Source of the DNA: Eledone cirrhosa
Lineage: Eukaryota
Length of the DNA: 64,000 nucleotides
Direction of reading: 5' to 3'
NCBI GenBank assembly: GCA_964016885.1
Contig: OZ024743.1
Location: forward strand, 190,526,001 to 190,590,000
The notes under the pieces are model-generated. The model was not told the DNA's origin. It was given only the letters and a program-made list of their open reading frames with translations, and did not search any database. Position numbers and translations under genes: made by a program. Positions 28,995 to 42,056 of the stretch are shown here, piece after piece (position 1 is the stretch's first letter; every line of letters begins with the position of its first letter).

Positions 28995-31900
28995 CTATCT
29001 ACCTCCACCTACGACAACCACACCAACCACACAACCAGACATTTCCCCAACAAAACAAACACCCACACCACCACAATCACAAAATCCAACCACAAAAAGA
29101 AAACTACAAAAAGAAACAGTACACCAGAAAACAAAACACATTACACATACATAAAAACAAGAAATAAAGGACTGGTGGAAACTGTCCAAAAGGACCCACA
29201 ATCCAAATGGAAGGGAAAACCTTCCCTACCAACGACCCACCCCAAAATCTTAAACTAATCAGGGTAACAACCCTACAGTACGAAACATTAAAAGGAAACT
29301 TCCCACATGATGTGGGCTCCCCTTGCCAAAAAAACACTGAACCGTCCTGCTAAAAGGATTCCCTCTCTCCCCAAATGCCCCCAATCTGGACATGGAGATC
29401 GAACAACCCGACCTCTAAGAAACGAAAAGGTAAATGTTCCTGCCTTTTCTCTCCCTAACTATTCTTCACCAACAGTGCGACTATACAAGTTGGATGTTTG
29501 AATGTACGTGGCCTGGGGATGCCCTGAAAACAGGGCCAGTTTTTAAATGATTACAGGTCACACAGTATAGATGTGATAGACATCACCGACTCCAGCATTC
29601 ACGACAAGCAGCAGCTAACCCCCATGTTCGATGATTTTGAGATCTACGCATCTCTCTGTCAGGCAGGAGGTGGAGGGGAGCTGCTGTTCTGTCTCGAAAA
29701 ATCTTGGATCTCAAAGTACAGACGATTCACTTGGACCCAGAGGGCAGCCTGGTAGTCCTGGACGTGAATGGTAGTGAAGGTAGAGTTTCAGACTGGTGAC
29801 CGTATATGCACCCAGAGTTCTTCAAGCGTCTGTAGCCATTCCTGAGAACTTCTCGCTACTTAGTGTTAGCGGGGGATTGCAATGGCATCTTAGACGCACG
29901 TTGGGATTATGTATGAGCTTGTTATAATAGAGGGGGGTGTAATAACCTAAAAAATATCATCAGCCAATTCCAACTGGCTGATAGATATCGACTAGACTTC
30001 ACAAGTGCACCACTGTGGACGTGGAGCAACCGCACTGGGTCTTCTAGATCGTATTTAGATAGATTTCTAATTAGACAGAAGGATAAGGAAACTTTAAGCT
30101 GTCCACAAATGCACATGGTTGCCTATTCAGACCACAAATTAGTCACCTGCATAGTCAACCTTGATAAAACACATAGACAGGGACTCGGGTACTGGAAGCT
30201 AAATATGTCGCTCCCGGCGTGTAAGGTCTACAGTAAATGGATTATCACCATCGTTAAGAGCCAGTTGACGGGGCCCATCGTCAATAACAAGTGGTGGAGT
30301 TTTCTTAAGGGAGCAATTAGAATAGAATCGATAGCATTTAGCAAGGGAGTAGCTTTAGAAAAAAAACAAAATTGAAAAGGAACTGTTAGCTAAAGTAAAA
30401 GAGGCACTTAGGAATGGCAGTACAGCTGACGTGCTAGCGGCAAGAACAGCACTAGACCAGTTCTTCAACGTGAAACACGAAGGTTGTATTGTCAGAAGTA
30501 GAACACGTGCTCTAAGAAACGAAGTAGCCAAAGCTGTTACCTGGGTCCGAGCGGCAGAGATGAAAAGTGGTAACAAATCCACAATTCGATCTTTGCAAGA
30601 AAAGATGGACGCATTCTACTTGAATCCAAGCAGATGTGCACGGCCTTCCAGCATCACTTTGCACAACTGTTCGGGCAAAGCGGTACGTCGAGCGAGGTGA
30701 TGGACTTCAGTTCCTACCTCGACGGCCTACCACGCCTCTCGAGCAGCTATGCAGAGAGCTGCGAAAGGCCATCACAGCGGGCGAAATAGAAGATACGTTA
30801 GGCCGATGTGGGAAACGCAAATTACCTGGTTTAGATGGTCTACCTTATGAGGTTTACATAGGCATGCCGGACTTGTTCTCTGGCGTCCTCGAAGCGGTCT
30901 ATTGCAACTTGCAGCAGATCGGGAGGATTCCCAGTTCTGTAGGCAGAGGCGTAGTAACGCTGATCAGGAAAGATGAGAACAAGGGGGATGAGATAAGCAA
31001 TTTCAGGCCCATAACTCTGCTCAACACAGCGTTAAAGATTTTGGCCAAGGTGTGTTAGCAACGAGGCTGGCGCTTGTCGTCGAGAACCTGGTAGGGGAAG
31101 CACAAACGTGTGCAATCCCGACCAGGTCCATAAACAAAAAACCTCCAGCTCATGCGATACATCATAGAGAGGGTATGGTATAAACCTGGCTTCCGTGGGG
31201 GTCTGCTCAATTTAGATCAGTCTAAGGCATTTGATAGGGTCGACGATCAATACTTGGAAGCGGTTCTCAAGGCGGCAGGCTTCGGTCCCGTCTTCAGAGT
31301 CTGTGTCGCTGCAATGCACACCAGCATGTGCTCTCGGTACTCAAGGTGAATGGCTATCTATCAGAGCCATTCCAAATCATGCGTTCCAGCTGTATGTATT
31401 GACTTTCAAGCCATTACTGTGGAAGTTGGACCTGTTGCAGGGCATCCCGATCGAACCAGGACTGCGGAAAGCAGCATCGGCCTATGCCAACGACGTAAGC
31501 GTAATGGTGTCGAAAACCTCTTAAATCGGGGTAATCGGCAACCTATTACAGGAATACGAAACGTTGACAGGAGCAAGACTAAACCCAAACCAGTCGGTCG
31601 GTTTGCAACTAGACACATGGAGAGGCAAACTCATGCCTTCCGACAGTGTTGTTGGACGCTGGACGGAAGGACCGGTGAAATTGCTCGGGGTCTGGTTTGG
31701 TCCAGATCTCCAGATGGTCAAGAACTGGAACGAGGTCGCGGCGAAGGTGTTTGCACTCACCCAGAAATGGGCTGAGTGCAAACTCTCCTTGAATGGTCGA
31801 GTGGAGGTGGGGAACACTTACATAGCGTCTGTCATCTACCACCTCTTAACAGTCGTGCCTTGTCCCCGCGAACACCTCACCAAAATGGAACGCCTACTCT

Positions 31901-33092
31901 TCAAGTTCCTCTGGAAGAAACAGGCTCCATTGGTGAGTAGATCCATATGCTGTCAACACCCTTCTAACGGAGGGCTGTGCATTCCGTGGCTGATGATGCG
32001 CAAACACGCGCTGAGGCTACGCCATCTTCAGGTATTCCTGATCGGCGAACCGTTGTGGCTGTCGTTTGTGAGACGAGCTCTTCCACAACTCATCTCACTA
32101 ACAGAGCTGCAGTCAAACGAAGACCGAAGATGGGCGCCTGGCACCTCGAGTGTCTTCAGGTGCTCACAGCCCTCTACCAAGCGGAAACGGCAGTCAGCGG
32201 AGACTCCACTTCGACAATCTATGGGGGATTAGTGGAGGATAAGTGCGACGACGTTCTCAGGGAAACTCTAGGCATCGAGGAGGACGAACTGACCAGTCTG
32301 TTCTGGAGTACTTTCCGTCCAAGACCTATGGATAACTTCCAGAGGTCTCCGGTCTGGCAGTACGACCTAGGAGCTCTACCAGTTCGTGACAAAATCTACA
32401 GGTATGGACGCCCTGGCAGAGATCCTGCCAAAAAGACCTGTCCAAGATGCGAGCAGGACATCGAAACCGTTCTGCACGCAATTGTTCAATACCCAGGGGT
32501 GACCGACCTATGGAATTATGTCGAACAGCTACTGTGACGTGTGGGACGTATCCAGTTGTCAGCCGAGTCCATCGTGAGGATCACCTCGCTGCCTTCATTT
32601 AACAATGAAGGAGAGGCGGTCTTCCTCTGTCTGGTGGCTATGGCGAAAGAGGGAATATGGTGGACGAGGTTAAAAGGACTGAGGGTAAACTCCTTTCTCT
32701 CCGGACAACAACTCATCCCCTTCTTTAAGTACCACTTCAAAAGGAAGGTGAGAGTGGAGAGAGAGGTGCTACATCCCAGTAAATTCGCTGAAAGGTGGAT
32801 GAATGTGGCGAAAATGGCTCGAGTAAACCTGTAGGTTGAGGAAGATAAACAGAGGGGAGACGGGAACAACTACAAAATGTGTTCCTAGTGTTGAGGGTTG
32901 TTCTATCCACGGGGTGTAAAACAACCCTGCAGTAACGTTCCCCCCTATTGGGGAGTTCAATTGTTATTTTATTATATATAGTTTATTGTTATATATTAAT
33001 GTTAAACTTGTATGATTTTTATGTAAAACTCCTGCCGTCACGTCTTGTAATGTCCCATTTTTGTACGCCCCTTTGGCAAATAAAGAAAGAAT
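28995..33092 (+). mobile_element. Tx1 (L1 group) LINE, decayed ORF2 with 3' UTR
   Basis: APE motifs (LNVRGL, GDCN, RSYLDR, YSDH, GYWKLN); RT motifs (PGLDGLPYE, NFRPITLLN, LDQSKAFDRV, YAND); C-terminal CPRC..ETVLH; AATAAA; many frameshifts. Confidence 0.9.
29480..32834 (+). pseudogene. Tx1 ORF2 (endonuclease-reverse transcriptase) pseudogene
   Basis: ORF fragments 30109-30375, 30431-30700, 30636-31058, 31152-31349, 31564-32232, 31977-32537 and 32541-32834 are collinear pieces of one ORF2. Confidence 0.9.
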
Positions 33093-33103
33093 CTCTCTCT
33101 CTC

Positions 33104-33136
<33 letters not shown>

Positions 33137-33209
33137 ATATAAATACATACATACATACATACATACATGATGGCTGCCCCCTCGTTATCGAGTATGGCCA
33201 TTGCACAAG

Positions 33210-33232
33210 AAAAAAAAAAAAATAATAATAAT

Positions 33233-33269
<37 letters not shown>

Positions 33270-33464
33270 CATACATACATATATACATACACACATACAT
33301 ACACATACACACACATATATACACACATACATTAATAACAATAATAATAATAATAATAATAATAGCAATAATAATAATAACGACAACAACAATAATAATA
33401 TACATATTCATATATATATATACACACACACGCACGCACATAAGCATATCTACACACACACACA

Positions 33465-33549
<85 letters not shown>
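33210..33549. repeat. Compound microsatellite (A)n/(AAT)n/(AT)n/(CA)n inside the RTE 3' UTR
   Basis: Lies between the RTE stop codon (33558) and its terminal stem-loop (33168-33205). Confidence 0.9.
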
Positions 33550-33551
<2 letters not shown>

Positions 33552-33557
33552 TAGCAA

Positions 33558-36500
33558 CTAACAGTGCTGCGATCGAATGTGGCTTTTTAGCCCAGCCAAT
33601 GATCTAAAATGTCTTGCACAGAGTCGGCAACCAAAACATTCACTGGGAATAGTCGGCTGTGGTTGGAGTTCGTGTACTTTTGCATGTCGCTTGAGCCCTC
33701 CTGCTGATTTACATTCTCTACCACATGTTTGGCAAGCATGATGAGTAGCATCTCCAACAGCAGCTTGGTAGTCAACCACTGGTCTTACTTTATGACTGCG
33801 AAGATGACTTTCGAGTCCAGCTTTGCTTAGGCAGAGTCTCGCACAGACGCTGCATGTCAGAACCATAGGAGGATCCTCGCCGTCTGGAAGTGCAACAGCA
33901 ATGCCCTTCCTCACGTCCCGCTTTACTTTCTCGTGTGCGATTCGAGATGCCTCAAAGGCAACTTTTCCCTCATATACAGTCTTTCTCCATTTATTACGAT
34001 CAGCAGCAATATTTTCCCATGTATCAGCAGAGATGTTAGCGTCTTTCAGAGAGGCTTTCAAGGAATCCTTATACCTCTTTTTTGGTTTATGTGGCGGTCG
34101 TTTTCCTTTAACCAACTCTCCATAGAAGAGTTGTTTTGGTATTCTAGAATCCTTCATCCTGGCAAGGTGACCACTCCAACGGAGTCGTTGCTTAAGCACA
34201 AAAGCTTCTATAATGTCACACATAGAGCTTTCCAAAATCTCGACATCACTGATGTGGTCCCTCCAGTGAACACCATGGATCCGTCTGAGACACATCTGAT
34301 GGAAACGCTCCAATTGCTTAAGGTGGCGTCGATATGTGACCCAGGTCTCGCAGGCATAAAGAAGACAAGAGAGTACACATGCCCTGTACACCTTTACCTA
34401 TGTCTCGCCGACCCCAGAGTCGCCTTTCTAGCTCTCCGAAAGCATCACTTGCTTTCCTAATCCTAAGTGAGATTTCACTGTCAAGGTTGCCGTGTCGATT
34501 GACAGTGCTTCCCAGGTAGACAAACTGATCAACCACTCCAAGTCGTTTGCCATACACATAGATGTTTGGTTCAGTGTACTGCTTACTAGGGGCAGGTTGG
34601 TACATGACGACGGTTTTCTTGAGACTGACAGTCAAACCCAGGGCAGTGCAGGCGTCAGAAAATACATTCAAAATGTGCTGCATTTCACTCTCTGTGTGCG
34701 CTACAAGATCGCAATCATCTGCATACAAGAGGTCTCTTATGACTGATGTAAATACTTTTGTCTTCGCAGCAAAGCGCCTGATGTTAAATATGCTGCCTGA
34801 GGTTCGATATCGGATGTAAACACCATGCTCGCAATTCCTGAATGCAATACAGAAAACCATTGCAAAGTATATGGCAAACAGGGTCGGTGCTGGAATATCC
34901 CCCTGTTTCACTCCATTTTTTACTGAGATAGGCTCCGACATGTTACCTCCGACATTAACCCAAGCCTTCATGTCGTCATGGAAAGACCTAACTAAAGCAA
35001 GGAACTTATCAGGGCAACCAAGTTTCTGGAGAACCTTCCATAATGCATCTCTGTTGACAGTATCGAAAGACTTTGTCAGATCGACAAAAACCTGATACAG
35101 ATCCAAGCCCTGTTCAATGCACTTCTCCTGGAGCTGTCTAGCTGAGAAGATCATATCAGTAGTGCCGCGTCCAGCACGAAAACCAGATTGACTTTCAGGA
35201 AGGACACAATCTGCAATGTGTGTCAGCAGACGGTCCAGAAGCACCCTACATAAAACTTTCCCTACGACAGAAAGCAATGATATACCTCTGTAGTTCCCAC
35301 AATCATTCCTGTTACCCTTTCCCTTGTACAAGACCACCATTACTGCATCTCTCCAGTCCTCAGGCACGGATTCATTAGCCCATAGCCTTCCAAACAGAGA
35401 GTGAATATGTTGCAGGAGTCTCTCACCACCATATTGTAGGAGCTCAGCATGTATGCCATCCATACCTGGAGATCTTCCACTGTTCAGCTTCGAAATAGCC
35501 ACTGCAACCTCCACAAGCGTCGGAGGTTCTGCGAGAGCTACTTTCACAGGACTTTCCGGAATGAGATTGAGGAAATCTTCACTGACGATAGACGGCTGAT
35601 TCAAAAGATCATCAAAGTGCTCTCGCCACGTTCGTAGAATTCCCTGTGAGTCACGAAGAAGTTCTTTGCCGTCCTTGCTGCGAATCGGTGTCACCAGAGA
35701 AGAAGACGGTCCATAAACCTCATGCAAGAGACTGTACAACAGCTTTGTGTTATTGCAATCAGACGCAGTTTGTATCTCACCAGCCTTCTCACTCCACCAC
35801 TGATCCTTCATCTGAGAAAGACTCCGCCTAACACGTGATTTTACATCCCTGAGCTCCTCATGCAACGTATTCCTCTCCTGTGGTTTTGCCGTCAAGTAGC
35901 GTGACAGAGCACGCCTCTTATCAGCCAACAAGTCTTCTATATGTACATTATTCTCATTAAACCAGTCCTGATGTTTTCTCTGCACCAATCCAAGAACACG
36001 TCTGCCTACATCATAAACCGACTTTTTAAGGGTCGGCCAATCCTCACCAAGATCTGCAGCCTGCATCTCTTCTTCCAATGTCCTCTTCACATTTTTATCC
36101 TTAAGACGAGCAGCCTTGAATCTTTTGGGCAGGGTAACACCAGGAGCCCGGATTTTACGTTTGGTGATTAGATTCACCTTTGCGCGTACCAGGCGGTGGT
36201 CCGTCCAGCACTCAGCTCCACGAAGAACACGAACACACCGCACATCCTGTCTGTCACGCATCCTGACTAGGACGTAGTCCAAAAGATGCCATTCCTTAGA
36301 TGCAGGATGCATCCATGTGGTCTTGAATTTGTTCTTTTGTTGGAACATGGTGTTGGTAACACACAGATCCAGCTCCTCACACATCTGCAGCAAGAGCATA
36401 CCATTGCTGTTACACTTTCCCACCCCATGCCTTCCGATTACATTCCATGTGTTAAAATCCCTACCCACTCTAGCATTAAAGTCACCAAGCACGATGACTT

Positions 36501-37079
36501 TGTCTGCCTGGAGGGATATTTCTTAGAACACCTTTCAAGGCATGGTAAAAGGACAGTTTTTCTTCATCGACAGAATTCATAGTTGGAGCATACACACTCA
36601 CCAGGGTAGCATATCTTCGGAACTCTCATGGACATAAGACGCTCACTAATCCCTACTGGGAATTCTTCTAATTTATTCACCAGTACAGTCTTAACAGCAA
36701 ATCCTACCCCAGCCTCTCTTCTGGTTCCTTCATCTCTTCCTTTCCAGAAGAATGTATATTCTCCACAAAATTCCGTAAGATGACCATCTCCAGCTAACCT
36801 CGTCTCAGATAAAGCCACGATGTCAAGATCGTAACGTCGAAGCTCCTTTGCAACAAGAGCGGTCCTTCGTTCAGAAAGCTCCAAAGAATCCCTGTCAAGC
36901 AGCGTCCGTACGTTCCAGCAGCCAAGACTAAATGCCCTATTTGGCTCTATTACAATGGCACGATGACGGGCGGGCCCAGGTTGTGATAACTTGGGGCCCC
37001 TGCCCTTATTGCCAATGATCTTTTTTGTTCCAGAACCCAAATTGGCAACTATCTGGTTTACATTGTTCTGGAACATCAT
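33558..37079 (-). pseudogene. RTE ORF (APE endonuclease, RT, 3x C2H2 zinc finger) broken by about two frameshifts
   Basis: WNVRTL, LSETR, GDFNARVG, TDH, NYRGISLL, GVKQG, LYADD; C-terminal CSVC..H..H, CQTC..H..H, CRLC..H..H; supplied ORFs 36564-37208, 34318-36492, 33558-34391. Confidence 0.93.
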
Positions 37080-37087
37080 TGAATTGG

Positions 37088-37118
<31 letters not shown>

Positions 37119-37123
37119 TAATA

Positions 37124-37177
<54 letters not shown>

Positions 37178-37344
37178 GTACACTATTAATAATTATTAAT
37201 GCACTCATGCAATGCCTGTGCGTGACGAATATTTTTAAAGTGAGGAAAGACTGTGCACTGAGCCAATCCCACTCTCTGAGCGACAGTAGCTAAAACCCGA
37301 AAAGAAGAAAAGATCAACATCATCGGTAACTACTGAGCCGCAGG

Positions 37345-37440
37345 TTTTATATCGGAGTTAACCCAGTTTCCTGAGATGCCTTCTCCTAGAAGAATACCCT
37401 GACAAGGGCTAGGGGTTCTTCACTCCCAGTGGTTTAACTG
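37345..37440 (-). ncRNA. Conserved multi-stem RNA structure of the RTE 5' UTR
   Basis: ggagt..aactcc closing stem; cctag/ctagg; ccct(tgtc)aggg; ctcag(gaaa)ctggg; homologous with substitutions to 59735-59810. Confidence 0.6.
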
Positions 37441-37947
37441 CGCGATCGGGCATCCAGCCCGATTATTTCTATGTCCCCGCGCAAAAAAAAAAAAAAAAAA
37501 AAAATCACTTATTGACACTTATACGTACGACATACACACACACGCATACATATGCGCGCACACAGCAACACTCATACATACAACAAACACACACACGCTA
37601 CTCTACTCACTTACACGCACACACACACACATATATATATATATATTACCGTCATTACTGATACAAGATTACAAGATTATGTCAACTGTTGACTTTCAAG
37701 AGTTTGTATAGTTGAAGCCGATCGTATTACAGTCCAGTATTACTATAATTGCTTTACAGCATAGAGTTATGGCTCTCCACGGAGTCAACAAAAGAGAGTA
37801 CCAGTGATGCGCTGGGCAAGTCGCTGGATCCGTGCCAAAAGCAGAAAAATTATTATTAAAGTTGTTCTTAAGGCCAGGTCGCTGGTGATGGTGATGGCGG
37901 CAGCGGTGGCGGTGGTGGTGGCGGTGGCAGTTGATGTTGTTGTTGTG

Positions 37948-37996
<49 letters not shown>

Positions 37997-38665
37997 ATTT
38001 TGAGTTTTTTTTTTTTTCTTTCTTTTTTTTTTCCCTTCCCCTTTTCTTTTTTCTTTTCCCTTCCTTTTTTTATGTTTTGATGCCGCTGTTGTTGTTGTTG
38101 TAATTGTTGTAAATGTTCATTTCAGTTCATTCTGAAGCTGTTGTTGCTGTAAACATTAGTGCCGGTGTTGTTGTTGTTGTAGATGTTGGGGTTGAAATCT
38201 GGTTGTTTGACTGAGTGATGTATATACACACATATACATACACACACATATATATATATACATTCAACAGAGAGTAGAGGGTTTGACAACAGGTCGATGA
38301 CTTTAGTCTCGATAGGGTATGGTATGGTAATGACATGTGATGGTGGGGAGAGGGTGTAGACGTTATTGTGGTGATGGGGACAGTGAGATGTATCTAGTTC
38401 ATTTGACCGTTTTCTTCTCTTAGCAAAATTTGAATTGTAGCCATGTTATATTGAGATGTAAGTAAATGTAAAATATAAATAAGGATTGCTCTGCTAAAAT
38501 ATACTAAAATATTTGTGTAACTTCCACAAACTTCTGTCGTGACATTCCCGAGTCCAGTGACCAAAAAATTGTTGTATTTTGATGTTTCAGAATACAAAAA
38601 TTAATTAAAAAACTTACCCCACGAAAAGACAGCGTGTGTTGTCCTATCTATAAGCTCCCTCATCA

Positions 38666-38728
38666 TACATACATACATACATACATACATACATACATAC
38701 ATACATACATACATACATACATACATAC
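38666..38728. repeat. (CATA)n microsatellite
   Basis: Direct reading. Confidence 0.97.
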
Positions 38729-38910
38729 AGATTTATGCCTGTGATTATTGGGGCACTGGGATATGTTAGTAACTGCCTCAATACAAATCTTGAGAAGCTG
38801 GGCTTCACAGGAACAGAAAGAACACAACTAGTTAGGAAATTACAAGTACAATCCATTAATGGAACTGTAAAAATATGTAAAACATTCCAAAGGTTTTGTA
38901 TCTAATAACT
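38729..38910 (+). mobile_element. R4/Dong-like LINE 3' end (RLE C-terminus)
   Basis: RFMPVIIGALGYVSNCLNTNLEKLGF...LVRKLQVQSINGTVKICKTF. Confidence 0.7.
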
Positions 38911-41155
38911 GCATATACGCGTACAGATACTAAGCATATACACATGCACACATACAACTCAAAACATCCACATCCACACATACAATAACATCCATATCAG
39001 ACCTGCCGACATATCTACCTAGTTGATGTTGTGTAAATTCCAATGAGTGAGTCTTTTGCCTATGTTAGAATCCAACTCTCTCTCTCTCTATTGGCAAACA
39101 TTTGTGAAATTATAAAACCAGAACATACATATATACAATTTCAAACATACTTCCACAGACACTTGTGAATTTTAGAACATCATAATTAAGTAAGTCACAA
39201 AGGAATTATATACTAATTGCTGACAGATTCTTATTCATAATTTCTGTTCAATTTGTTTACGTTATATACCCCTCTAGTTCCTTTCTTTCACGATAGCTTT
39301 TTTTTTCAATTTATTGTAGATTCATAGAATTATTTGATATCATTTGATATTTTATTTATATATTCATTATTATTATTAATTTTTTTTTTGTAAATATACG
39401 TTTTGTGTTAACCTCTTTTACAAACTAACATAAAAATTATTCATTACAATAATATAAAATATGATGTAAATATTAAATAAAAATTCTTTGTAAATACTGA
39501 TATTGCTTCTCATTATATTTAGCTGAACTAATTGCCTCACTATTTGCAATCCAGTGCTATTGAAGAGAAATAATAAACAAATAATATTCAAAGGTAACTG
39601 AGTATTGATTTCAGTGTGGCATTTTGCTTTTTTTTTAAATTTCATTCATGAAAATGCGGAATACATTACCTGTTTCGTTGTTATTTTTACGAGATAAATT
39701 GTTTTTCTTTTCTTCCAATCTATTATATATATCGGATTCACTAGAATATGGATTTATTTCTTCAATAAAGACCCCCAAAAAAATATTTTGATAGGAAAAT
39801 TTGGGGGATTATGGAATCTAATTTTAATTACAATATCACCATAGGTATTTTCATTATTCAATATATTATGAACATTTATTGCTATTTTCATTATTTTTTG
39901 TTTGTATTTGTTATAATTATCATATACTCACGTATTGTCTTTTTGTATAAGATCGGCATATACGACTTTTGTGACTCTGCTCATGCCTGTCATATATAGA
40001 TCACTCCACGTGGAAAAGTCATCTTATTTAGAGAATTTACTGATAATTGTTAACTCAATTATAATAATTTAGTTTCTTTGGCCGGGATATGGGGTTATGT
40101 AATATATTCCACAATTTTAGGGGACAGGGTAAGTCGATTGTATCGACCCAGTACTTAACTGGTAATTGATTTTATACTTCTCAGAAGGACCAAAAGGCAA
40201 AGTTGATCTCGGATGGATTTTAACTAAAAAAATAGACCCAGCATACATATTTTTCCGACGAACTTCAGTAGAGTTGTAATGCTAGAAAACGGGTCGCAGG
40301 TGGTGGATAGTGATACGGCCACCATATATGTTTAGTTGCAATATAAGCGGACTGCTATGATTATATAACAACAAGGATTTCCTACTTATACACAAGGCTA
40401 AAAACTGATACTATATATAAATCGTGTATATCAACAGAGATAACTGGTTCTTATTTCATCAACTCCAGTAGCATGATAGGCAATGAAAATCCTTACAGAA
40501 TTTATTCAACGTACATAAGGTAATATAAATAAATGCCATAAAACATATTGTTTGGTGATCTAGTGATACAGTCCCTCTAACATTTTGATATCTAATAGAA
40601 ACGCAGTGTTATACTGTTGGTGAGAGTGGATAATCGATTAGACATACCCTAATCTTTAACTGTTACATATTTCGTTAACCCTACTGCAATAAATGGTAAA
40701 TTCTACTCGCATGGATTTGAGCTAGAGATTTTAAAGTGGAGAAAATTTAAGCTGTCGATCTATCAACTCTCTTACTCGAGTGGCATGGGAACTATTGAGT
40801 TCTTGTAGGGCACATTTCTATAAGTGTTACAGCAATTTTTGATCATCATGATCATGTATATTATTTGAGGTTTTACATAGTTCAAACAGCGACTGTGTAA
40901 ACCATAAGCTTTGAACGAATAAATAACAACTGCCTCATACATTCTGCACATTTCCCCTAGTTTGTTTATCTAATGATTATATAATTTTACAATATTTAGC
41001 CAGGAAGTAGTACGATGAAATAAACCCAAACCCAGTATATTTTATTTGTTTTGTTTTCCCTACTTAATTTACGCTAATGTGTACTGTACTGTACCAGCTT
41101 TCCACAATCATAAATACATATCTCAAACAGTTTTATATATAAAGATTTACTTCTT

Positions 41156-41203
<48 letters not shown>

Positions 41204-41204
41204 T

Positions 41205-42056
41205 TGCTGCTCAGGAATAGCGATATATATATATGAATGTATATATAGTGTATTTTGCAAAACACTGTATGCTTAATTAAAAGTATTTCGAAGACCATAC
41301 GTTATTATTTTAGAATAGTGACAGTCTTTGGTGCTTTTTAGAGTAGTGGCACTCTTTGGTGCTTATCAAAATAAACTACTCCTCCTGTTTGCTGAAAATC
41401 ATGAATGTTTGATTCTTATAGAATTTTAGTAATAATCAGGAACTGATTATACAGAGCGGTTGCCGGTCAAGCAGAAATTGAAAATTAGAATTGGTGCTCT
41501 GAAATAACGATATATATATGAATGTATATATAGTGTATTTTGCAATACACTGTATGCTTAATTAAAAGCATTTCGAAGACCTTACGCTATTGTTTTAGAG
41601 TAGTGACAGTCTCACTTACTTTAATTTTCAGCAAACAGGGGAGATAAAGCTGACAGAGCTCTTCGAAAGGTTATGATAATATACACGTTAGAGAAAATGT
41701 TGAATCAAAATATTCAGGATAAGTAGAAAAAATATTAGTTGGGAAGAACCTACTGAGGTTAGAGAATAAACAGAGGAGATAAAACAGGGGAGATAAAGCT
41801 GACAAATCTCTTCGATAAGGTTTTCAAAATGCTTTTAATTAAGCATACAGTGTATTGTAAAATACACTATATATACATTCATATATATATCGCTATTTCA
41901 GAGCACCAATTCTAATTTTCAATTTCTGCCTGACCGGCAACCGCTCTGTATAATCAATTCCTGATTATTACTAGAATTCTATAAGAATCAAACATTCATG
42001 ATTTTCAGCAAACAGGGGGAGTAGTTAGCTTTAATAAGCACCAAAGAGTGCGAAAC
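41205..42056. mobile_element. Second locus of the ~320-bp HHR repeat family (partial + full unit, spacer, inverted unit)
   Basis: 41349-41662 matches the 18-kb unit; 41822-42056 inverted; HHR halves at unit ends (TTGATAA-gcac/gtgc-GAAA; gctgacagagctct). Confidence 0.85.

Larger units (their letters stand above)
33145..37482 (-). mobile_element. RTE/BovB-type LINE, near full length and young
   Basis: Structured 5' UTR (37210-37482), APE + RT + zinc-finger ORF, 3' stem-loop ctcg(ataa)cgag and (ATGT)n tail at 33145-33205. Confidence 0.93.

Noticed and set aside
37088-37208. Poly-Leu/Phe N-terminus of ORF 36564-37208 resembling a signal or transmembrane segment
   Set aside because: Translation of the (AAT)n/poly-A tract in the RTE 5' UTR; the real ORF likely starts near 37079
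38600-39680. Minus-strand splice-donor-like sites (cttacc at ~38614, attacc at ~39666)
   Set aside because: No supporting acceptor, reading frame or recognisable peptide; host exons cannot be claimed
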